The position numbers were made by a program, and so were the translations under genes. Of a stretch of DNA of 64,000 nucleotides, positions 50,201-62,200 are shown one piece after another. This DNA comes from Tubiluchus corallicola (lineage: Eukaryota > Animalia > Priapulida): assembly GCA_030141605.1 (NCBI GenBank), contig JAQGDQ010000773.1, forward strand, positions 1 through 64,000, given 5' to 3'. Numbering within the stretch: position 1 is the first letter of the stretch; each line of letters starts with the position of its first letter. The notes under the pieces are model-generated. The model did no database searches. It saw nothing but the letters and a program-made list of their open reading frames with translations, and was not told the origin of the DNA.

Positions 50201-53200
50201 AACAATTAGTATCATAGAAAACTTGATTAATCAGTAACAATTAGTATCATAGAAAACTTGATTAATCAATAACAATTAGTATCATAGAAAACTTGATTAA
50301 TCAATAACAATTAGTATCATAGAAAACTTAATTAATCAATAACACTTAGTATCATAGAAAACTTGATTAATCAATAACAATTGGTATCATAGAAAACTTG
50401 ATTAATCAATAACAATTAATATCATAGAAAACTTAATTAATCAATAACAATTAGTATCATAGAAAACTTAATTATTTAATAACAATTGGTATCATAGAAA
50501 ACTTAATTAATCAGTAACAATTAGTATCATAGAAAACTTGATTAATCAATAACAATTAGTATCATAGAAAACTTGATTAATCAATAACAATTAGTATCAT
50601 AGAAAACTTAATTAATCAATAACACTTAGTATCATAGAAAACTTGATTAATCAATAACAATTAGTATCATAGAAAACTTGATTAATCAATAACAATTAGT
50701 ATCATAGATAACTTGATTAATCAATAACGATTAGTATCATAGAAAACTTGATTAATCAATAACAATTAATATCACAGAAAACTTAATTAATCAATAACAA
50801 ATAGTATCATAGAAAACTTAATTATTTAATAACAATTAGTATCATAGAAAACTTAATTAATCAGTAACAATTAGTATCATAGAAAACTTGATTAATCAAT
50901 AACAATTAGTATCATAGAAAACTTGATTAATCAATAACAATTAGTATCATAGAAAACTTAATTAATCAATAACAATTAGTATCATAGAAAACTTAATTAT
51001 TTAATAACTCAACAGTTATTTATAAAACTAGGTTACAGACTTACAATTAGATGTTGCCTTATTAATTGTAGCTATCGTTAATTAGATTTTATGATTTTTA
51101 CCGAAAGCTTTAAACACATTAAAAAAAAACTTTCTTTACTGTTTGTTATCTAAAATGGCCTAACATTTAAAAATGACTTAAAGGAAGACATGATTTTTCA
51201 CATACCACCTCATTTTCAAGTCCGATAAAAAGTGTACATTTTAGCACAATTAATACTGGAAAAACGTTTCTGATGAATAAATAATAGATAAAAATTTAAT
51301 TAATGGCAGACGTGCCAAACTATCGATTACTTCACAAATTAACAATAGCAAAAATATTCCACAAGCATGATGTAATTGCAAAAGTGAAAATTGAAATACA
51401 GTGCTACTGTAAGATATTCAGTGTATAAAACTAGGTAGGTTTTAAGATAAAAATTCTAATTTCAAATTTACTGCTGTGCTCACGCACGAGCTGTCAAACG
51501 TGTGCAGTACGTCACATTTGAACACATCTGAAATGAGAGATACAGCACCTGTGCAACACGTTTCCGAAATTGTGTCCTGTTTTGCTGTAAAGCTTTATTG
51601 CACTAGAAACCAGATTTCATCTGTTTTTCTTGTTACACATTCGTCATATTTAACGAGAGGGACAACGGTGACTGTTTCTCAGAGAAAAGTCCTGCACTGA
51701 AGACTTGTACTCAACTACATTATCGCTAGCTGTGTCCTAGAGCCATTAATGAAGTTCCTTTGCAATATATAATTACCAGAAACATTTTTGGTCATTATCA
51801 TAGCTAATAAAGGGCGTATTTTAGACTACAGGTCAAGATTAGGTATGATCAAAAAATCGTTTTAGTTTAATGTTTAGGCTACTACTACAAGATGACCATC
51901 GATCATTGTTTATTTCACAGTGTGACTTACTAGACGGGCTTTCAATTGCGGTCACTTTGCGTCCGTCTGCAAAAATTGCGTAACCCGTAACAACAGCACC
52001 ATTAGAAATGCCAGAATTGCTGGCAACCGGCATCCACGTGACAAGCAACGTGCCGTCTTGAGGACCTGCTTCAACTTGCACATCTGCTGGAGGGTCTGGA
52101 ACTCCTATTGCAAATAAGAAAACAACACAGTGGTAAATGAAATACCAAACTTTCATTAAATTATTGCTATACGTATTCAACACGATTTATAAGAATGAGA
52201 AACGGCCCTTCGGGGGAGAGACATAGTCGCTCTTTCTGGCTGTTAAACATTACTTAACTTATCAAAAGTGGGTGACTTGTTTTAATAATTATGGCTATAC
52301 TTGGAAAAAGGTTTCTTACATAGTTTCCTATAAAGTATCCTACATATATTATGAGGTATTTCAGGTAATTTTCAAATTAAATTTAGCTGAAAACTTAAAT
52401 TTTGAATTTCACCTCAGAATACCACACAAGTTAAACTGTGATATCATCAGGGCAAAGTCCACCAATGCAAATAATGCAAAAATTGAATCCATCTTTGCAA
52501 TACTTTTACATTGCAGGACACTAAAAATTTTAAGCAAGAAATTCCACCTTCCTAAGCTTCGGGCATTCGAAGTAAAGACACAGTGTTTATAGTACGCACT
52601 CTTAAACTAGACCGATTACATAAATTACCCCTTCCGGGAATATTAACACTAATAATGTTGATTTATAAATCTCCAGGTACCTCCGGAAAGTGTCTGAAAG
52701 TCAATGTGGGCAACCGTGGGTTTACTGTTTTCACTTTGGCTCTGTTTGCTTTTGGCTCTGACTGATACTGTGTACCAAGTATTGGGGGCTAAACCTGAAA
52801 ACAAATATGCATAAAATTACAATTTGAAAATGACAGCAGCAGAAAACAATTGATACTTCTCACCGGCTCCAGGTAAACAACTTCTAGTATATGTATATTA
52901 TCAGGATGGGTGTTTCCGTAAACATAAACCACTTTTCTACTTCCGTAAACAGGAACCACTTTTCCACTTCCGTAAACACAAACCACTTTTCCACTTCCGT
53001 AAACATAAACCACTTTTCGACTTCCGTAAACATAAACCACTTTTCTACTTCCGTAAACATAAACCACTTTTCTACTTCTGTAAACACAAACCACTTTTCC
53101 ACTTCCGTAAACACAAACCACTTTTCCACTTCTGTAAATACAAACCACTTTTCCATATCCGTAAACACAAACACTTTTCCACTTCCGTAAACACAAACCA

Positions 53201-56200
53201 CTTTTGCACTTCCGTAAACATAAACCACTTTTCGACTTCCGTAAACATAAACCACTTTTCCACTTCCGTAAACACAAACCACTTTTCCACTTCCGTAAAC
53301 ATAAACCACTTTTCTACTTCCGTAAACACAAACCACTTTTCCACTTCTGTAAATACAAACCACTTTTCCATATCCGTAAACACAAACACTTTTCCACTTC
53401 CGTAAACACAAACCACTTTTCCACTTCCGTAAACATAAACCACTTTTCGACTTCCGTAAACATAAACCACTTTTCCACTTCCGTAAACACAAACCACTTT
53501 TCCACTTCCGTAAACATAAACCACTTTTCGACTTCCGTAAACATAAACCACTTTTCTACTTCCGTAAACATAAACCACTTTTCCACTTCCGTAAACATAA
53601 ACCACTTTTCGACTTCCGTAAACATAAACCACTTTTCTACTTCCGTAAACATAAACCACTTTTCTACTTCCGTAAACACAAACCACTTTTCCACTTCCGT
53701 AAACACAAACCACTTTTCCACTTCCGTAAACACAAACCACTTTTCCACTTCCGTAAACATAAACCACTTTTCGACTTCCATAAACATAAACCACTTTTCT
53801 ACTTCCGTAAACATAAACCACTTTTCTACTTCCGTAAACACAAACCACTTTTCCACTTCCGTAAACACAAACCACTTTTCCACTTCTGTAAATACAAACC
53901 ACTTTTCCACTTCCGTAAACACAAACACTTTTCCACTTCCGTAAACACAAACCACTTTTCCACTTCCGTAAACATAAACCACTTTTCGACTTCCGTAAAC
54001 ATAAACCACTTTTCCACTTCCGTAAACACAAACCACTTTTCCACTTCCGTAAACATAAACCACTTTTCCACTTCCGTAAACATAAACCACTTTTCCACTT
54101 CCGTAAACACAAACCACTTTTCCACTTCCTTAAACACAAACCACTTTTCCAGTTCCGTAAACACAAACCAGTTTCCCACCCAACACGCTCCTCAAGAGAG
54201 TGAAAACAACTTCGCCACTCACCCGTTACCGTGTACTTGTAGACGCCTGCTTTTACCAATCCCACTTGTACGTTGTTCACTGACATGGCATGATCATAAC
54301 TACTGTTGCTTGGAAGCCACATAACCGTACAGGAAGTGGCCATGAGATTAAACACTTTGATCTCACTCGGTGCTAACGACAAATCTATAAAGAAAATCAC
54401 TGCTAACTGCATGACTAATACTTCAGTTGCTGGAAAATAAACGAATATGTTAATAAGACACAAAAGCTTTTCCACAAAGCAGCTAACGCAGCAATTACTA
54501 CTGAAAATGAACTACGTTTTCATACAATTTATAAGCCGGAAAGAAAATGATTATACTAAATAAACACGGGACTCAGCTGATACTAAAGTGAAGTACTTCT
54601 GTGCCATTTGCAACCAGGTGAAATAACAACAGAACTGCATAAATATAGTACAGTATAGGTTACCTTTTCCTATAATAATGGTACATGCTGGGTCTTTCGA
54701 CTGTCCCTTCTTTGTTACAGTCCTAACAGATATGCGATGATTCTAAAAAATTATACTTTGAAAAGTGAAGTAGAAGAGAAAAAACATGTTAGCGATAAAC
54801 TAAGACACAACTGAAATGATACACTGACTCAAATTCAAATCACGGAACTAAAGTTATAAGAACTTTAGAACTACAAAATTTAATACTATTAAGTAATGAG
54901 CGCTCTTTTCTAAGTATATTACATATAGATATCCATGCGGAAAGTAATTCAGTGAAACACTTGGTTATTTATGCACATCTGATTTATTTTCAATATTTTG
55001 TTTGTTCATTTTTTTAATTCTCTTAATTCAGATGCTTAAAGCACAAGAAAACCCCTTACATAAAGCTTAAAAAATTCGTCTTGAAATTTTATACCACTTA
55101 CGTGCTGCTGCCTTTTAGCATACACGGTTTGCGTCGTCCGTAACGCTGTATAAAACTTGTAAATTTAAACTCCCGCAATGATCTTGAGGCCATTTTGATG
55201 GTAGGTCGATTGAAACAAATTTAGATAACACTGAGTAAAATTTGAAAAAATAATCAGAGCATGCACATGTTGCTAACTAAGTAAAATTTTAAATTACTGT
55301 ATCTTGTCAATAAGATTAAAAATACTTTTTGGTTAGTGAGTGTGGAGGGTGAGTCCAAATTTTACCAAATTGGCACGAACATTTTAAATTATTATTTCTA
55401 GTTACACAAGTCTTTTAAGCAGGTAAGTGAATTACAGATTTGCATGGAAAGTTGTTTGGGACATAATTTAACATTGTTTTTTCTTCCCCTGATTTACGTT
55501 TGCGTTTGTGAGGTCATGTAATGGCGACTTCGGAACAGTATTGCAGGAGATTATAATGAAAACAAATAAAAATTCCTTTCAAAGCGAATATGATATACGC
55601 ATAAAATTGCTGCAAAGTAATATAATTTTTTAAAGCGATTTTTCTGAAACCACTTCTGGTGCCCCTTTCTTGTCCTTCAAGAACATGTTTTTCACGAAAG
55701 CAACGTACCACATTCGAATCGATGTCTTCAAGCAATGCTTTAGTGTTCTCCCGGCCACCAACAACTGCTCGTAACTGCGCGTCAACGTAGACGTGATATG
55801 CTTCGATACCTCCAGATGGCAGCACATCGGGTGGAAGCCAACTTATAATCATGCTACGACTCAGCTGCCGCTCAAGTTGCAGGTGCGTAGGGGGAGGCAC
55901 TAAAAATTGTACACAGCTTTAAGTGTGAAATTTCCGAATCTTTTAAAAAAAATTCACTACACGTAACATACGAATATAATGATAAATTCTCATTTCTAGT
56001 TGTAGTGCCAACTCTTGACCATACTTGACCATTTGTATAAGTGCTAAATAAACCATCATTTGAAATTAACAATTGCTCTTTATGGGTTTAGGAACAAGAC
56101 TGCTCTCTCTCTCTCTGTGTTTGAAAAAGTAGTTAAATATGCAAATAGTTTTGACCACAGGAATCTCGACGGTTAAATACTGACGACAAGGCAATTGTGG

Positions 56201-59200
56201 TCAGCTTTGGTCAGCTTAAGCTTATTTTCAAATGTGTACCTTTAGGGCCCTGGTCATTTACATCATCTTCAGCTAATCGACCAAGCGCACTCATCTCTGT
56301 CATTTTCCGAATTCCCTCCAGGTGCTCCGATACCGGTTCTCTGGTCGTTTCGCCAACAGGTGACAGCTCTGTTCCCGGCGATGGCCTCTGCTGCTTTGTG
56401 GTTTCTAGACAGAATAAGGGCCAGTTCACACTTTCACGCATTAGATCAAGAAGTCAACATGAAGTCAAGCTACTCGGGGGTGGGTGGGTAAATTTTTACT
56501 AATATAAGCACTTTCGGCTGCACATACAAAATATACATTATAACGTTAGCAAGTTCAACCTAACGTTTAGAGCCCAGAGCCATGCCATTTCAGCTGTGCT
56601 CCAGCCGGTTTATTTCTACAACTGACTTAGCTTTAGTCGCACCAGTCGTAGAGTGACGAGAGTCGAGCTAGCCGACATTTTTGCTAGCTGAGAAGATTTT
56701 CGCTCTTGCGATAATCACGTGACACTGCAAAACACTGCTTGAAATATGGCTAATGCATTGCGGATTCGCAGTCAGATTGTGTTGTCAGAGATACTAAACT
56801 TTAGAAATTTTTGAACGATAAAGCTGGTAAATTTAAAATTAAATATGCAAACAGGTAACGTTAGTCACACGTACAGGATCATTTTGGGGTTTCAGTATCG
56901 ATACGTCGGTAAGCAAGATGAGCCTCGTCAAGAGTTGGATTTAAATCATATTTGCATTAAATCCATTGCTTTTTTATAATGATAAAACATTAATCTCTAA
57001 TGCTTTATTTCAATTTGTACATCAGCTTATGTTCTGTGTATAAACTGCACTAATTATTTAAAAAAATTGTCTCCATAATTTAACAATTAATTAACTATTT
57101 ATCATTTATTTAGTTAACAAAAATTTCTAGTTTTAGTTGACTTAGCTGATTTTTTTCTTTAAGACAACTCAGCTGAAAAGTCAGTCAACTTCAGCCGAGC
57201 TAGCTGGGTTACTGTGTGAGCCAGATGATGCAGTAGCAAGTGACTCATCTTCAGCCCAGCTAGCTGATTTACTGTGTGAGTCACCTGATGTAGTAGCAAC
57301 TGACTCATCTTCAGCCGAGCTAGCTGATGTACTGTGTGAGTCAGCTGATGTAGTAGCAACTGACTCATCTTCAGCCTAGCTAGCTGATTTACTGTGTGAG
57401 TCAGCTGATGTAGTAGCAACTGACTCATCTTCAGCCCAGCTAGCTGATTTACTGTGTGAGTCAGCTGATGTAGTAGCAACTGACTCAGCTTCAGCTGAGC
57501 TAGCTGATTTACTGTGTGAGTCAGATGATGCAGTAGCAACTCACTCATCTTCAGCCGAGCTAGCTGATTTACTGTGTGAGTCAGCTGATGTAGTAGCAAC
57601 TGACTCATCTTCAGCCTAGCTAGCTGATTTACTGTGTGAATCAGCTAATGTAGCAGCAACTGACTCATCTTCAGCTGAGCTAGCTGATTTACTGTGTGAG
57701 TCAGCTGATGTAGTAGCAACTGACTCATCTTCAGCCTAGCTAGCTGATTTACTGTGTGAGTCAGCTGATGTAGTAGCAACTGACTCATCTTCAGCCGAGC
57801 TAGCTGATTTACTGTGTGAGTCAGCTGATGTAGTAGCAACTGACTCATCTTCAGCCGAGCTAGCTGATTTACTGTGTGAGTCAACTGATGTAGTAGCAAC
57901 TGACTCATCTTCAGCCGAGCTAGCTGATTTACTGTGTGAGTCAGCTGATGTAGTAGCAACTGACTCATCTTCAGCCGAGCTAGCTGATTTACTGTCGTGA
58001 GTCAGCGGATGTAGTAGCAACTGACTCACCTTCAGCTTAGCTAGCTGATTTACTGTGTGAGTCAGCTGATGTAGTAGCAACTGAGTGATTTACTGTGTGA
58101 GTCAGCTGATGTAGTAGCAACTGACTCATCTTCAGCCTAGCTAGCTGATTTACTGTGTGAGTCAGCTGATGTAGTAGCAACTGACTCAGCTTCAGTCTCT
58201 ACTAATGCTGCACCTGCTGGCCTTCCAGTCGTCAGCTCAAAACACACACACAATCAAAACTGCCCATTTCAAAGAAATAATGATTATCCTACTGTACTAT
58301 ATACAGCACACTCACCTTCCTCCTTGACTTGATCCGACGTCAGAAATCCAAAACCACCGCATATCCAATTGCTACATTGAGGCGAAGCTTTGCTCTCCGA
58401 TGATATTATTTGACTAGGTGCTGTAGTAACTACATTCGATATACAGCTACTGGGAATTGGCGAAGTTTTCGGACTTTCTTTCTTTGTGCAAACTGAAAAA
58501 AATGTTAATCATTAAACAAAATCACCGAATCTTTGAGGAATAAACATAAGGTATTTTCTTATAATACAAAATTCCTCATACAGTAATGAAAAAGCTGTTC
58601 TGTTGTTTATAGTTAGTAGGAAGCCATACACTTGACATTATTCTTGCTTAGCACCGGCTATGTTTAATACAATGAATTCTGAAAAAGCTAAAGTAAATGG
58701 CATTCTATAGTCAGCTTAACTACACATTACACAACGCAGACATTCAGATGCAGTAGTAGATGAAAAATTCTATGCAGGTAATTTTGACAAGCTTCTTGAC
58801 TGGTAGAATGACAATTATCCAAAATTCCAGTTATTTCAAATAAAACATGTGATCTTTTTACTTGCATAATTAACTTAATATTAACTTACACCATTATAAA
58901 CATGCTTGAAGACCACTCAAGTGTAGCTTCTAAATGAACAATGATGGCTACTAACAACTATGTAGCTTTCACACGATCTTTAAAAGGACATTACTCACTG
59001 CCCAACATAATAACTTCCGTTTAATCGTCAATTTGAACTCTATGGACACAAGTTTTGCAGCAAAAGACCATGAGTTTGATACTCAAATGGGCCCTGCTCT
59101 GACGTGGTGCTGGATATGACGTTGGACCTTGAATAAGACACTTCAGTAACTGCCATGACGCCTCTAACAAGAAAAATTAACCAGAGATCAGCAGCAAAAA

Positions 59201-62200
59201 ATACTGCAGTGTATTAATCCCCAAATACCACTACTACCTCTCCTGTCAGGCTTATGTGCTTACATAGGTAACTAAAAACATTACCTGCTGACTCTCCATC
59301 TCCAGACTGCAGACGTAAGTGCTCATAAAATTCTGGCATATCTTCCACGGCCACTTGTTCTACAAAGTTCGAAGGCACCAGACCCTTTTGTCCATCCAGA
59401 AGCTCACCCTCGAAGAATCCATCCTAAAAATAGTACGTAGATTGTAGCCTGTTTAGTTGACGAATGACTCTTTAAGCAGCCTTTTTATAATTTTAACCTT
59501 TACCGAACTAACATTTTTCACTGGTAAGAAACTTTCTGGAAAAGGTTTCTTTCAAAGACAGTGTTAAGAAGCAAAACAAATGTATTTTAAGTTATAAAAC
59601 AAACAGGAATAAACATAAACAAACAGCTATTAACACGAAATACTAGTGCTCGAGACATGTTTAGTATACCTCATCCATCTCCCCATGTATGTACACATAA
59701 TCTCCAGCCTTGAGTGAAAGTTCTGCCTCTGGATGCTCATTGGGAGACTGCTCCATAGGATTGTAGCTATACCTCGCAATGTACACCAAATAGTCAACAG
59801 GCACGGCACTGATTCCTTCCTGTTTCCGTAGCAACCGTGGAGCTATCGTCACACCTTTTTTATCTACCAATGTGTTGATAGCTATTAATCCTGATAATGA
59901 TTTTCGTATTTCATCACATTAAATCACGCAATTTTTTAAATAAAATGAACAAACTTGCAAAGGTTACGGTAAAAGGAACTACAGTTAAGTGTTAGAAAAC
60001 ATAATTTCCATGGACAATTTGCCTTTTATTACGAATGTACTGCAGCTTGCTAAAATTTATCTTCAAGTTGCTATATAAATCAAATTAACTCTCCAAAACT
60101 GGCAACACTGTAGAATGCTAAATCAAGTTCCAACATTTTACTGACAAAACGAAGTTGCTTCATTGCTTAAAGTGTTAAAAAATCTTATCCCCACATAAAT
60201 TTTTCACATTAAAACTGCAAAACTTAAAATAACAAATCTACACATTTTAGCTGCTATTGTTATTTATAAATTTTGATACACATTTTGTCTGACAGATGAA
60301 GCAGGATGGAAATTGAAAGGTGATGATCTCACTCCAGGCTAGAATCAGGTAAGAGCTCCTTAAGAAAACAATCTAATTTAAAGCAAAACCGAACCCAATC
60401 TTAAACTGTAGATCAAAACAACCTGCTCTTTAAAATATTGAAAGAAAACATACTATTTTTTCAAAAATGACTTACGAGAAAGAATTATTACCACACAAAC
60501 ATAATTTTGTGTTCGCGCCACTAGTTCTTCGCTGTTACATGTATTTTGCCATTCGTTAATTAGACGGGCACTAATGCGTGCATTTCGGAAACGTATTGCA
60601 CAAAAAAGGTGCTGTACCTCTCAATTCAGACGTGTTAGTTTGTGACGAACTACATACGTTCGACAGCTCATGCGTGAGCACAGCGGTAAGTTTGAAATTT
60701 GAATTTTATAACTTGCCTAGTTCTAGCACAACACACTGAATATCTTACAGTAGCACTGTACTTCAATTTTCGCTTTTGCAAACACGTGCAACACGCTCAT
60801 GGAATATTTTTGCTGTTGAAAATTATGTTAGCTTGTGATGTCACCAATAATTGGACTCGCCCGCCATTTATTAAGTTTTTAATCTATTATTTAATTATTA
60901 GAAAAGCTTTTGCAGTATTAATTGTGTTAAAATGTATACTTTTTATCGAACTTGAAAATGCGGTAGTATATGAAAAATTATCCTGTCTTCCTTTAAGTTC
61001 AAGTTGTTAACCCGCACATTGTCTCTTAAAATGAACAACGAATATTCTTCAAATCTTCCGAAGGACTTTAACATTTCAACGAAGCAATGACAAACCTATC
61101 AAATTCTGTATTTCATCGTCCTCGTCCGATGTCGAAAGAGCTCGAATTCGTTTGGCAAGTTCACCGATCTGCTGCAGCCCGTTAGCCGTATCTGTGACAC
61201 CAATAAATGTATCATCATCTGCTAATGCTGGCGGCACAACTGCGTAGAAACAATAAAATAAACATAATTACATGCCAAATGAACAGCTGAGAGCTAATAA
61301 AGCAGCAAATTTTCATAGCAACTGCAATTTGGCTGATCAAAACTGGTTTAATTAATGTCAGTTAGTAATTTTTTTATTAAATGAATAATTTTGTGCAAAA
61401 AACTACATTACGAATTCAGGGGCGTATGAAGACTTTAGGACGCCCTAGGCTGATAGTTCTGTCCCGCCCATCTCTGTTTTGAATTCATGGTTGCTTAGGT
61501 GATAAACAGATTAAACAATTACTTGTGGTGTATTAGAAGCACTGTTAACCTAGTCTCTATGTGATCAGTATTAATTATGTGTATTTGCATAACGTTTATA
61601 TTCAAACAGGCTGCGTTACTGCTTGTTGTGTAATACCTTACACCTGCTCGTTATGTGGCATTTATATAAAAGCTGCACTCAGTAACTGTCTGTGGTGTGC
61701 TATAAAATGTGTGCTTTGCATGAATATGAAAGTACACATATTTTCCAAGGAGAATAAGAATTTTTCTCTGAAATGTGACGCCCCTCAAACTTTGGCGCCC
61801 GTGCTATAGCCTAGTTAGCCTATTGGATAATACAATTACAATACATTTTGTTTGAGACAATAAGTTTAAAAAAGTACAAGTTTGATAATGACTTCAACTT
61901 TTTAATTTTTTTTTTAAATCTACCGACTTTAATCTCGTTTTGATTTGCCAAATCACATAATTTATAAGCTAATAACGTTAAACTAAGCTGCACTACGTTA
62001 CGTAATGTTATCAGTAGATCAAGAAATTACACGCATTTGTTCAAACTAAATATAACGCAAAATAGAAAATACTTCTACAGCAGAAACAGACAAAGGAATC
62101 ATCACAGGCTAGTAATGGGTCAGTAAGTTTTTAGAAATCTTTCATTTACTTAGTAGTGCTGCAAATACAGATTGAGCATAACTTACCAGAATAAAAAAAA

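Noticed and set aside
52789-54475. 467-aa and other ORFs with VYGSGKVV / FTEVEKW repeats
   Set aside because: Only 54384-54223 is real FN3 exon. A strong gtgagt donor precedes the array, and 25-bp variant units shift the frame repeatedly.
57159-57968. [20 protein letters not shown] repeat ORFs as standalone genes
   Set aside because: Frame artefacts of the 60-bp array.
58999-59163. Exon-like segment with ttgttag acceptor and gtgagt donor in a RIMBP intron
   Set aside because: It has stops in all three frames between those sites, and the flanking exons join in phase without it. A poison exon cannot be excluded but is unsupported.
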